Of a stretch of 64,000 nt of DNA, positions 51,146 through 63,764 are shown piece by piece. A program made the translations under genes and the position numbers. Source of the DNA: an uncultured Thermoleophilia bacterium (GTDB taxonomy: Bacteria > Actinomycetota > Thermoleophilia > UBA2241); assembly GCA_963702475.1 (NCBI GenBank), contig CAVPCT010000005.1, positions 320,001-384,000 of the forward strand, read 5' to 3'. Numbering within the stretch: position 1 is the first letter of the stretch; every line of letters begins with the position of its first letter. The notes beneath the pieces were generated by a model. It was given only the letters and a program-made list of their open reading frames with translations, was not told where the DNA came from and did no database searches.

Positions 51146-52549
51146 TCAGACCGGCGCGCGACCCTTGAGTCCCGCGCGCTCCTTGAACAGCTCCACGCAG
51201 TTGATGGGGATGTCGAGCGTGCGCGCGATGTTGAACTTGGCCTCCATCATCCCGGCCTCTGACGGGTGTGCCGTAGAGGTCATGGCGATCACGCCCAGGC
51301 CCTTGTCGCGGCGGATGGTCTCCATCGCCACGGGGTCGCTGAGGTCACGCGTCGAACAGCCGAGCTTGCCGGCCACGTACTGCTTGGCTTCCTTGAGTCG
51401 CATGCGCCTGGTCATCTGCATGCGGGCCACCAGGTCTCCGGCTGCCCGCATCCCGCCCATGCCGGACGCTTGCGTGTGGGCCGACTCCATCCCGAGGGGG
51501 TCGCCCGTACCCGCCTAGAACCCGTCGATCTTGAGGATCTCGACGAACGCCTTGCTCGCCCGGCTCGTGGCGTCGGCCGGCGGATACACGCAGTTCGGCA
51601 CCCCGCCGACGCCCATGCCGCAGTTGACGTGCACGGGGATCTCGGCGATCTCCGCGGCCGGCTTGATGAAGGTGATGGCGCGGGCGATGTTCCACGCCGT
51701 CGACTTGCCGGAGTTGATGTTGACGGCCGGCCCGTACACGCTGGCGCCGGCCTGCTGCACCATGCGCAGCTGGTCCCTGGGCCACATGCCGGCCAGGCGG
51801 TCGCCGTCGAAGGTGAGCTTGCCGTGCATGCCCAGCACGAACTCGCTGGCCATGCCGATCTCGATGCCCAGCCACGGGTACTGTTCCCGGAGCCTGCGGC
51901 AAGCGGTGAGGGCGGCCAGGAAGTCGGCGTCGCCGGCCGCTCCGGTGGTGTCCATATCGATGCCGTCGGTGCCGGCCGCCACCATGTGGTCGGCGACGTA
52001 GCCGATGTCGTCGATCAGCATCGCCATGGCGGCTTGCTGCGCGTCGCGGGCCTCGTCGATCCTGTTGAGCGGAAGGAGCTCCGACCAGTTGGGGATGGGC
52101 CCGTCAGGACGTGAGTAGCGCCCCAGGTCCGGCATGGCGCCGTACTGGATGGGGTTGGTGAGCAGGCTCTGGGCGATCTTCATGCCCTGCCCCTCGTGGG
52201 CGACGTTCACCTTGATCGCCTTGTACGAGTAGTCGATCTGCCAGAGCTCGACCATGTCCACGCCGATGAGCGTCTCGTAGCTCTGCAGGTCCTGCACGCG
52301 ATTGCCGATGTGCTTGGTCCCGGTGCCGTCGTTGCTCATCACCACTTCGTCGCCGATGTCCACTGCGGTGAACCGCGCCGGCGAGGCGTAGATGTCGAGC
52401 AGATGCTCGAGCTCGTCCTGCGTGAGCGTCGGCACCTTGGCCCGTTTGGCCGCGAGCTGCGTGCCGTCCTCGAGATCGGTCTTGATCTCCGAACGGGTCA
52501 TCTCGACCAGCGACCCATCCCCCATGCGGGTGGGGATCCTGGGTTCCAC
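51146..52549 (-). CDS. mtbB: dimethylamine:corrinoid methyltransferase, pyrrolysine-containing (in-frame TAG 51515-51517)
   Basis: [42 protein letters not shown]; GTG start 52549 after GGAGG. Confidence 0.92.
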
Positions 52550-52746
52550 CGCGTCACCTCCGTGCGTCGTCCGGACCCCGTTCGTGAGGGCGCGCGGCGC
52601 AGCGCAGCGCGGCGGGCGCGCTCCACTGCGCGCGGTCCGGGGGGTCTCCGCGGCTGACTCTACCGCAGGGCGCCGAGAGCACGCCACCGCTGCGACAGCG
52701 GGAGCGCGGAGCCCACGGCGGCGCCCGACGCGGCCGCCTCGCGGCG

Positions 52747-54165
52747 TTAGTCAGAAGGTCCGCCGACGACGACGTCCTCGTCCACGAACGGCAGCGCCGG
52801 CAGCTCCCAGTCCGAGTGCTCGGCCGGGACGTCCTGCCCGGCCGCGTCGCGGCCGCTGCCGAGGGAGACCACCAGCGGCTCCGTCACCGGCGAGTACAGG
52901 TAGACGGACACGCTGTCCGGACCGGTCACGGCGGCGTACTGGAACGCGACCGCGTCGCCGTCCTGAGTCCGGAGCATGAGCCCGCCCACCCGGCCGGGAC
53001 GCAGCTCCCCGCCGGACACGTCGAATGTCAGGCCGACGGTCAGCCACTCGTCGTAGGAGGCCTCGAGCAGCCGCGGCGCCACGGGTACGTCGAGCCGGCC
53101 GACGCCGGCCAGGATGGCCGCCGTCCAGCGCCGCGCGGCGGCGCGAAGCTCGTACGCCTGGGTGAAGTGCACGCGGCCGTGCAGGTCGATGTCGTAGAGC
53201 ACCGGCCCGGCGACGACATCGCCCCTGCCCCAGACGTCCTGTTGGGCCAGGCGGATGCCGTTGATGCCGTCGGCCGTGTACCGCATGTCGTAGTCCCCGA
53301 TCTGCGCCGCCACGAGCGGTGCTCCCAGGTCCTCCCCGACATGCGCCGCGAGGGTGCTCAGCGCCTCTTCGTAGTCTTGCTGAGGGACGAGCGACCTCGC
53401 ATCGGCCTCTCCCTGCCAGAAGAGCACGGCGCGTACTCCGCCCGCAGCCTTGGCGCGGCGCACCATGGAGCCGTACAGGGTCGCCCGCGAGAAGGGGCGG
53501 ACGCGGTCGGGCAGCCACCGGAAGATGCTCGTCGTGCTCTTGGGACAGGGCACGAACGCCACCGGGACCGGGTCGGCCGCCGCCAGGCCTTCCGCCACGA
53601 ACGGCCACACCGAACCCCACGCGAGCGAGTCCCTGCTCACCGTGTCGACCTGCTTGACGGGGGAGTCGACCGGATCCAGCAGCTCCTTCCACCGGTCGTC
53701 GTTGCCGAACATGCCCGCGCGCAGCTCCGCGTTCTCGTAGCGGCTGTAGGCGACCCCGCGGCCGCTCGCGTTGCTCTGCCCGGCGATGACGTACACGTCG
53801 CCGACACCGACGAACCGCAACGACTTCGACAGCGCCGGACGAGCGATACTGCGCACCACGAGGGTGGCCTGACCCGCCGGCTGTCTCTTCAGGACCACCT
53901 TGAACGTGCCGTTTGCGGCCACCCGCCCCGCGGCCCAGGCGCCGCCGTGCCACCGCGCCTGCACCTGCGTGCCCAAGCCGCGAGCGACACCTCTTACCAC
54001 GATGTCGGCGGTGCCCTTCGGGCCTCGCTGGACCACCTGGTACGGGCGGGGAGAAGTGACGCTCAGCGTGCCGGCGGCGGCCGCGACCGGGGTCGCAAGG
54101 ACGGCCGCCGCCAGACCGGCGACGAAGAGTGTCGTCAGCCCCACTCTGAACGCCCGCGACCGCAT
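52747..54165 (-). CDS. secreted sialate O-acetylesterase / CE6-type SGNH esterase
   Basis: Signal peptide, GDVYVIAGQSNA, FWQGEAD and VHF motifs. Confidence 0.82.
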   Translation of the reverse strand: MRSRAFRVGLTTLFVAGLAAAVLATPVAAAAGTLSVTSPRPYQVVQRGPKGTADIVVRGVARGLGTQVQARWHGGAWAAGRVAANGTFKVVLKRQPAGQATLVVRSIARPALSKSLRFVGVGDVYVIAGQSNASGRGVAYSRYENAELRAGMFGNDDRWKELLDPVDSPVKQVDTVSRDSLAWGSVWPFVAEGLAAADPVPVAFVPCPKSTTSIFRWLPDRVRPFSRATLYGSMVRRAKAAGGVRAVLFWQGEADARSLVPQQDYEEALSTLAAHVGEDLGAPLVAAQIGDYDMRYTADGINGIRLAQQDVWGRGDVVAGPVLYDIDLHGRVHFTQAYELRAAARRWTAAILAGVGRLDVPVAPRLLEASYDEWLTVGLTFDVSGGELRPGRVGGLMLRTQDGDAVAFQYAAVTGPDSVSVYLYSPVTEPLVVSLGSGRDAAGQDVPAEHSDWELPALPFVDEDVVVGGPSD

Positions 54166-54211
54166 GCACCCTCCTCCGCGCCGTCCCGGCTGCCGCGATC
54201 GGGCGGCCCGT

Positions 54212-54287
54212 TGGAGCCGGCGGGCGGGATCGAACCGCCGACCTGCCGCTTACAAGGCGGCTGCTCTGCCAGCTGAGCTACGCCGGC
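54212..54287 (-). tRNA. tRNA-Thr (TGT)
   Basis: Reverse complement GCCGGCGTAGCTCAG...GCCGCCTTGTAAGCGGC...GGTTCGATCC...CGCCGGCTCCA. Confidence 0.95.
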
Positions 54288-54378
54288 GCCGTGCTGGACA
54301 GCGCCGACAGTGTACCGGACGACCCCAAGGGTCACGAACCGACGCTCCCGGCGCTCCCTTCGGGACTATACTCGGCTG

Positions 54379-55524
54379 ATGAAGCCCGCTTCTTCAGCGC
54401 ACGAGCTCGGCGCCCTACGCGGCCGGGTCTTGCTCGCCGTCGTGGCGGCGCTGGCGGCCGCGGGCGCCGCGCTGACGTTCCTGTTCGTCACCTTCCCCGC
54501 CCCGGGCCCCGCGGCTCCACCGGCCTCCGTCGTCGCCGCACCGCCGCCGCGGGTCAGCGCATGGTCGGCCGTGGTGATGGACCAGGCCAGCGGCGTCATC
54601 GTGTACGCGAAGGCGCCCCGGCGTCACCTGCCCACCGCATCGCTGACGAAGATCATGACGGCCGTGCTCGTGCTCGAGCGGGCGTCGGACCTGGAGGCCT
54701 ACGTGGAGGTGCCGGAAGCAGCGGTGGGCCAGAACGGCGCCGGCCTCGGACTCCACCCCGGAGACAGCATCAAGGTACGTCAGCTCCTCCTCGGACTGAT
54801 GGTGAGGAGCGCGACCGACTGCGCCGTCACGCTGGCCACGCACATCGCCGGCGGCGAGCCGGCGTTCGTCAGGCTGATGAACCGGCGCGCCGCCGAGCTG
54901 GGACTGAAGGACACGCACTTCGTCAATTGCACCGGCCTCAACGTACCCGGCCACTACTCCTGCGCCCGCGACCTCTCCGAGCTCGGGCGCGTCGCCATGC
55001 GGGACCGCCGCTTCCGCAAGCTGGCGGGGCGGGTGTGGGCGCGGGTCACGTGGCCGCCCGCGCACGAGGCCTTCATCGTCTCGCGCAACCGCCTCAACGC
55101 TCGGTACGACTGGGTCGACGGCATCAAGACGGGTTCGACCTACGGCACCGGCGCCTGCATGGTGGCGAGCGGCGAGTACGGCGGCCGCCGGCTCATCGTC
55201 ACCACCCTGCACGAGCCCAACCGCACTGAGGAGGTGCGGGACGCGCTCAGCCTGTTCGCCTACGGCGCCTCGCACTTCGCGCGCAGCGTCGTCGTGCGCC
55301 GCGGCGAACGGGTCGGTGAGATCAGTGTGGCCGGCGGGACGGTGCCCCTCGTGGCGGCAGACGACCTCACCCGCGTGGTACGCCGCGGGGCCACGTTGAA
55401 GAGCAGCGTGCGGGCGCCCACCGCGCTCACCAGCCCTACCGACGCCGTGGTCGGCTACGCGCGGTTCTGGGCAGACGGCGTGCTGCTGGGCGCGGTGCCC
55501 GTCCGCGCCGCGGCAGCGCCCTGA
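54379..55524 (+). CDS. D-alanyl-D-alanine carboxypeptidase (peptidase S11)
   Basis: ASLTKIMTA, FV.LMN.RA.ELGL.DTHF.N and GIKTG motifs; leaderless TATACT promoter. Confidence 0.88.
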   Translation: MKPASSAHELGALRGRVLLAVVAALAAAGAALTFLFVTFPAPGPAAPPASVVAAPPPRVSAWSAVVMDQASGVIVYAKAPRRHLPTASLTKIMTAVLVLERASDLEAYVEVPEAAVGQNGAGLGLHPGDSIKVRQLLLGLMVRSATDCAVTLATHIAGGEPAFVRLMNRRAAELGLKDTHFVNCTGLNVPGHYSCARDLSELGRVAMRDRRFRKLAGRVWARVTWPPAHEAFIVSRNRLNARYDWVDGIKTGSTYGTGACMVASGEYGGRRLIVTTLHEPNRTEEVRDALSLFAYGASHFARSVVVRRGERVGEISVAGGTVPLVAADDLTRVVRRGATLKSSVRAPTALTSPTDAVVGYARFWADGVLLGAVPVRAAAAP

Positions 55525-55641
55525 CGGCGGCCTCCGGCCCCGGACCCTTGGCTTGGGGGGGCTGTCGCTTGCCGGCGCCGTGGTACGCCGCGGCGCAGGT
55601 CGCGTGTGGGTACGCGTGAAGTCCGTGACGGACGCCTTGAC

Positions 55642-55928
55642 GCGAAGGCGCGGATCCGGGGTGACATGGATCCGCGCCTTCGGTCTTGTGGCCTGGGGCC
55701 GGGGGACTCCCGCGTTGGGGGGCGGAGGCCGCTCCGACCTTCAGGCCTTGGTCCACCCGGGGCCGGGGTGGACCAAGAAGAAGATAGGAGGTACCAGCGC
55801 TTGGTCGCCGGCAGCGGGCTTCTCGGAGACGGGAAGCGCTCGCAGGGCAGACCTTACGAAGGACATGCGAAGGGTTTGTTAACTCACTATTGCGCTCTGT
55901 GAAGTGAGCAGGTCGAAGGGCCTGCGCC
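55642..55928 (-). ncRNA. candidate structured non-coding RNA (~290 nt)
   Basis: Low-GC intergenic segment with a long-range closing helix, internal hairpins, a 15-bp terminal hairpin and an upstream TATCAT -10; family not recognised. Confidence 0.4.
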
Positions 55929-56107
55929 ATGTGTGATGATACTGGTTGATTCACGACCGGATTGACAGGCCCATCGTCCCCGCCTGGTTACCTCACCCGG
56001 TGGTCAGGAGGACGGCGATCGCCCCGTGTTGCGGGCGTCCTGAGTCGTGGTGGCGCGTCGGGCGAGGGGTCCCGCCCATCTGGAGCGCAGGCGGCCTCTC
56101 CCGCCTC

Positions 56108-59008
<2,901 letters not shown>

Positions 59009-59016
<8 letters not shown>

Positions 59017-59800
59017 GGATGGCCGCGAGATCGAGGTCCCAGGCGGCGAGCTCCTCGAGGAGGTCCGCGTCCAGAAGATCGTAGCTGAGCGGAGTCACCG
59101 CCACCGCACCGGAGGCGACCACGTCGAAGTCGGTCGCCGCGCCGTGCACCGACGGCGGATGGTCGCACAACACCGGGTACTCGCGAGGCGCCTCGTCCCC
59201 ATGACCATCCTCCGGGACGAGGGTGATGAAGTCGTAGCAGCTGGCCCCGCCGAGACGGGCCGGGTGGATGCCCGTGAACCCGGCCAGGGGGCGGTCCGGG
59301 AGGTTCACGTTGAGCATCGTGTGCTGCGGGAGCCCGCGCGCGACGACGTGACCCACGATCGCGCGGATCACCGGCGACGCCTCCGGCAGCCAGCCGGGAG
59401 CCTCGCTCTCCACGGAGAAGGCCAGCGCCGGGAAGCCACGGAGCGCCGCCTCGAACGCGGCGCCGACGGTGCCGGAGTAGGTGATGTCGGCGCCCATGTT
59501 GGAGCCCGCGTTCACGCCCGACACCACGAGGTCGGGGACGGGGCAGCGCACCCCCACCAGGGCGACGCGTACGCAGTCGGAGGGCGTGCCGTCGCACGCG
59601 GACCCCTGCCAGCCCTCGCCGAACCGCTCCGCGCGCACGTGCAGCGGCCGGTGGATGGTGATGCCGCGAGCCACGGCGCTGGCATCGTGGTCCGGCGCGA
59701 TCGTCCAGATGTCGCCGAGCCCGTCGAGCGCGGCGCGCAGCACCGCCAGCCCGGGCGCATGAAGACCGTCGTCGTTGGTGAGGAGGATCTGCAGGGTCAC
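59009..59800 (-). CDS. surE: 5'/3'-nucleotidase SurE
   Basis: ILLTNDDG..APG, GTPSDCV, VSGVNAGSNMG, YSGTVGAA. Confidence 0.95.
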
Positions 59801-59942
59801 GCCGTCATTGTAGCCGAGGAGGTCTCACGTCACCCTCGCTCATCGGTGCTCGGAGCCGTACGCTTACGCCGGCCCGCGGAGCCCGGCAGGAGACGGACGC
59901 GGACCGTCGTAAGTGTGACGAAGGCGAGCACGAGGGAGTCGG

Positions 59943-60845
59943 GTGGCACGAGCCAGGCAGGTCGCGCAGCCGCCGCAGGGAGGCCGGTTCACGGTACGCC
60001 GCGTCGCGGTGGTGCTCGCGTCGCTGCTGGCCGTGTCGGCCCTGGTCGTCCTGCTCGGGGCCGCGTACCTCTGGCCGCTCTTCGTCTTTCCCCTGCTCCT
60101 GGCCGCGGTGTTCTTCTTCGAGCTGGGCAGCCTCGTGGTCACCTTCTGGCTCGGCAACTTCTTCGTCCTGTACTACAGCCTGCTCCAGCCCGCCGACGAC
60201 GCCACCGTGCGCCAGGCCCTGCTGGGCACGGCCCTGTTCCTCGCGGCCGGCCTCCTTCTGGGCCGCGTCCTGCGCCGCGAGCGCGCGAAGAACGACGAGC
60301 TCGCGGCGTCCTCGCTCACCGACCGGCTCACCGGCCTCTACAACTACGGCACCTTCGCGGACTACCTGCACAACGAGGTCACCAAGGTCGACCGGTACGG
60401 CGGCGAGCTGACGCTCGTCATGCTCGACCTCGACCACTTCAAGCAGTTCAACGACAGACACGGGCACGAGACCGGCAACGCGCTGCTTCGGCGGGTCGGC
60501 GCCACGCTCGGCACGGCGGTGCGCGAGGCCGACCTCGCCGCCCGGTACGGGGGTGAGGAGTTCGCGGTGCTCATCCGCGGCGACGAGTCGCACGGCTACG
60601 AGCTGGCCGAGCGCCTGCGCCGGTCGGTGGAGACCATCGCCGTCGCCGCTCGCGGCGGAGAGGCCGTCTGCTGCACGGTCTCCGCCGGGGTCGCGACCTA
60701 TCCCTACGGGGCGGGCGACGAGACCGAGCTCGTCGAACGCGCCGACGACGCCCTGTACGAGTCCAAGCGGCGCGGTCGCAACAGGGTGACCATCTACACC
60801 GGCGTCGCCGACCACGCGGAGCTGCCGGCGAGCCTCTCGGCCTGA
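59943..60845 (+). CDS. membrane-bound diguanylate cyclase
   Basis: N-terminal TMs, DRLTGLYN, DLDHFKQFND..GH, RxxD I-site, RYGGEEF. Confidence 0.92.
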   Translation: MARARQVAQPPQGGRFTVRRVAVVLASLLAVSALVVLLGAAYLWPLFVFPLLLAAVFFFELGSLVVTFWLGNFFVLYYSLLQPADDATVRQALLGTALFLAAGLLLGRVLRRERAKNDELAASSLTDRLTGLYNYGTFADYLHNEVTKVDRYGGELTLVMLDLDHFKQFNDRHGHETGNALLRRVGATLGTAVREADLAARYGGEEFAVLIRGDESHGYELAERLRRSVETIAVAARGGEAVCCTVSAGVATYPYGAGDETELVERADDALYESKRRGRNRVTIYTGVADHAELPASLSA

Positions 60846-60953
60846 GGCGCACGGTTCAGAGGCGGTGGCCTCTGGCGCCCCTCCGTGAGCCAGGTTCGTC
60901 GCTCACTGACCGGTGCCCTGTCGGCTCACCCGTCGTTGACCCGCCTACGGTGG

Positions 60954-62273
60954 TCAGTCGGGGAACGTGACGGCAGGCAGACGCGTGTCGGGGCGCGCGT
61001 ACAGCTCGCCGCAGAACAACTCCACGCCATTGCGGCCCAGGACCTGCGCCTGCTCGCTCGTGCGCACTCCGGAGGCGATCACCTGGGCGCCGATGCGGTC
61101 ACCGAAGCGCACCAGCAACTGCACGACGTCCACCGCCGTGAGCTGATCGCCGACGCCGGCGACGAGCGTGGGGTCCAGGCACAGGAAGTCCGGCTCCGCC
61201 TCGGCCACCAGCTCCAGCGACGTGAACTGACCGCCCAACGACGCGAGACAGAGCTGGAACCCCATCTGACGGACGTCGGCCAGGGTGCGCAGCAGCGACG
61301 CCGTGTTGGACGTGAGCTCCTCAGCCTCGAGCTCGAACACCACGTGCTGCGGCACCAGGGCCCTGTTGAGCGAGTAGAACTCACTGAGGGCCACCACGGC
61401 GGCATTGGGCAGCTCGGCCGCGGCGCAGCCGACGAAGAGCAGGTCGTCCGGATGCAGACCGGCGGCCGACGCCACGGTCGCCTCGCGTGCCGCGACGCCG
61501 TAGGCCTCCAGCATCGTCGAGCGACGCGCCACGTCGAGCAGCACATCCGGCAGGCGCAGGGGCGAGTAGAACGGGCCCCGCACCGTGCTGCGATAGCCGA
61601 GGACCTTGCCGACGGCGGACTCGACCACCGGCTCGAACAGCGGCTCGAGCTCGCCGTGCTCGACGCAGGCCGAGAGCGTGCGACGCAGCCCGTCCTCGTA
61701 GGCGGCGGCGCTCCCGGCCGCCGCCTCCATGGCCAGCGCCAGACCCCGCTGCAGGTTCTGCTCGAAGGTGAGGTCCCCGTCGGCGCGCATCACGGCGGCG
61801 CCGACGGCGGGGTGAACCCGGTCGTACACGCCGGGGGCGAGGTCGTTGAGCAGCAGCGACTGCAGGCGCTCGTAGACCCGGCGCGTGACCGCCGCCAGAT
61901 CCTCATCAGCGATGACGCCCTCGGTGCCGCTCGAGCTGCGCGGCGGCGACAGCAGCACGATGAATGCGTCGTCGGTCAGCGTGAAGTCGCTGACCACGTC
62001 CAGACGCCGCAGCGTGCTGCCCACCATGCTCGAGAGGCTTGCGGCCACGGCGTCGAGGATGTCGGCCACCACGTGCCAGCCGAAGATGGGTTCCAGGCGG
62101 CCGTACCGGTCGAGGCTCACGTACAGGATGGCGACGGCGCCGCGACGCTCCAGCGCCACGCGGATGGAGTCGGCCACGAGGTTCAGCGACGGCAGTCGGC
62201 TGGGGCCGTCGCTGACGAGGCTGCGCAACGTCCTGCGCGCCTTCTGCAGGGAGTCTTCAGTGGGTCGGGGCAC
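60954..62273 (-). CDS. degenerate GGDEF-EAL domain protein
   Basis: FEPVV...VFELE..., VIASGV...G.ELFCG.LYARP EAL scaffold with catalytic motifs replaced. Confidence 0.75.
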   Translation of the reverse strand: MPRPTEDSLQKARRTLRSLVSDGPSRLPSLNLVADSIRVALERRGAVAILYVSLDRYGRLEPIFGWHVVADILDAVAASLSSMVGSTLRRLDVVSDFTLTDDAFIVLLSPPRSSSGTEGVIADEDLAAVTRRVYERLQSLLLNDLAPGVYDRVHPAVGAAVMRADGDLTFEQNLQRGLALAMEAAAGSAAAYEDGLRRTLSACVEHGELEPLFEPVVESAVGKVLGYRSTVRGPFYSPLRLPDVLLDVARRSTMLEAYGVAAREATVASAAGLHPDDLLFVGCAAAELPNAAVVALSEFYSLNRALVPQHVVFELEAEELTSNTASLLRTLADVRQMGFQLCLASLGGQFTSLELVAEAEPDFLCLDPTLVAGVGDQLTAVDVVQLLVRFGDRIGAQVIASGVRTSEQAQVLGRNGVELFCGELYARPDTRLPAVTFPD

Positions 62274-62297
62274 GGGTCCTCGCTCCCGGCACGCGCC

Positions 62298-62645
62298 TCA
62301 GGAGGCCTTCTGTTTCTCCTTGGCCTTGCCGCCCTTGGCTGCCGGCTCGGCACCGCTCTTCGCGGCATCGCCCGCGGGCTTGGAGGCGTCGGAGGTCGTT
62401 GAAGCCGGCTGGTCTGCCTTGGACGACGCGTCGTCGGAGGAGGAGCCGCTCGTGGGCCGCCCCGACCCCTTGCCGTAGTCGGTCGTGTAGAAGCCGGAGC
62501 CTTTGAAGTGGATGGCGACGGGGTGCAGCACCTTGCGCAGGTGACCGCCGCACTGCTCGCACGCCTCCAGTGGGTCGTCGCTCATCCGCTGCAGGACCTC
62601 GAGTGACACCCCACAGTCGTCGCAGCGATACTCGTAGATGGGCAC
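62298..62645 (-). CDS. FmdB-family zinc-ribbon protein
   Basis: MPIYEYRC..CG...C..CGG...FKGSGFYTTDY. Confidence 0.92.
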   Translation of the reverse strand: MPIYEYRCDDCGVSLEVLQRMSDDPLEACEQCGGHLRKVLHPVAIHFKGSGFYTTDYGKGSGRPTSGSSSDDASSKADQPASTTSDASKPAGDAAKSGAEPAAKGGKAKEKQKAS

Positions 62646-62727
62646 GCAGGTGACTCCTTCGCGTGGGTGGAGAACGGCCAGTTTAGCACACGGCCTGAGC
62701 CGAGCGGCGCGACGGCCCCGCCCGGCG

Positions 62728-63426
62728 CTACGGCGCGAACGGGGCCAGGTGACCGGCGACGATGCGCGCCGGCCGCCACGCGCGAATGAGCCGCCACGAC
62801 CGCAGCAGGTCGGGGCCGGCCGGGCCCGAGGGCGCCATCGCGTCGAACTCGGCCCGGCCCGGGCCGATGGTGTCGCCGCACACGACCACAGACCCTTCGG
62901 TGGTCGTCACACACAGGCTGATGTGCCCGGGGCAGTGTCCAGGAGTGCGCGCCCACGCGACGCCGGGCGCCAGTTCGCCGCCGTCTCCGCTCAGCAGCTC
63001 GAGCGGCAGCGCCTCGAGCAGGCCGCCGACCAGCAACCAGTGCGGCGCCCGCGTCTCACGCTCGTGCACTGCTACGGGCGCCGGGAGGTCGACGCAGGCG
63101 CCGGCGTGATCGAGGTGGGCGTGCGTGAGCACAACGAGGTCGACGTCGTCGGGCCTCAGGCCGCGAGCCGCAAGCGCCCGCACCACCGGCTCGTTCTGCA
63201 AAGGAAGCCCCGGGTCGACGACGATGGTCTTCTCGCCCCGCAGCAACACCGTGTTGGGAAAAGTGGTCATGCCGACCACCGGGCGCTGGTCGCGCAGCGC
63301 CCTGTACTCGACGAACGCCTCCGGAGACCGATGCTCGGGCAGCACCTCCACGGAGTCGCCCTCGACGCTGAACACGAAACGCGCCGTGGGGATGAGGACG
63401 TCGACCCGGTACTGCGTCTCGCTCAC
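62728..63426 (-). CDS. MBL-fold metallo-hydrolase
   Basis: VVDPG, LTHAHLDHAG, TPGHCPGH, CGD and GH motifs; ends TAG. Confidence 0.85.
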   Translation of the reverse strand: MSETQYRVDVLIPTARFVFSVEGDSVEVLPEHRSPEAFVEYRALRDQRPVVGMTTFPNTVLLRGEKTIVVDPGLPLQNEPVVRALAARGLRPDDVDLVVLTHAHLDHAGACVDLPAPVAVHERETRAPHWLLVGGLLEALPLELLSGDGGELAPGVAWARTPGHCPGHISLCVTTTEGSVVVCGDTIGPGRAEFDAMAPSGPAGPDLLRSWRLIRAWRPARIVAGHLAPFAP

Positions 63427-63764
63427 GACTCGGTCGGGCCTCCCACTCTGCCCGGCTCCACCGACGGTGTCTCGTCGCGGCCGTAGAGAAAGTCCACCTT
63501 TTCCATGTTGAGCAGGACGAACGGCGCCGTGTCGATGAGCTCCTTGGTCGCCTTGTTGTAGATGCGTACACACGACAACGTCAGACGAGCGTCGTTGAAC
63601 GAGCGGAGGTAGTCGGAGGCGCGCCGGGAGGTAGCCCGCTGGCCGAGACCGAAGTGGGCGACGCCGACGATGCGGAACTCGCCGATGTAGGCGATGATCT
63701 CCATCTCCCTGAACTCGGCGTCGTTGCGCCAGGGGTCTGTGTCGATGTCGTGCTGGTCTTCCAT
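63423..63764 (-). CDS. hypothetical protein (small beta-barrel-like)
   Basis: MEDQHD...RIVG.AH...RASDYL...FVLLNMEKVDFL with strong codon bias. Confidence 0.65.
   Translation of the reverse strand: MEDQHDIDTDPWRNDAEFREMEIIAYIGEFRIVGVAHFGLGQRATSRRASDYLRSFNDARLTLSCVRIYNKATKELIDTAPFVLLNMEKVDFLYGRDETPSVEPGRVGGPTES

Noticed and set aside
360-54287. tRNA-anchored genomic island bounded by the three tRNA-Thr genes
   Set aside because: No integrase or duplicated tRNA 3' end seen, and the span includes housekeeping genes (fba, rpsR)
54379-55524. Possible inactive carboxypeptidase because the SxN motif reads SAT
   Set aside because: SxxK and KTG are intact; a single substitution is too little evidence without an alignment
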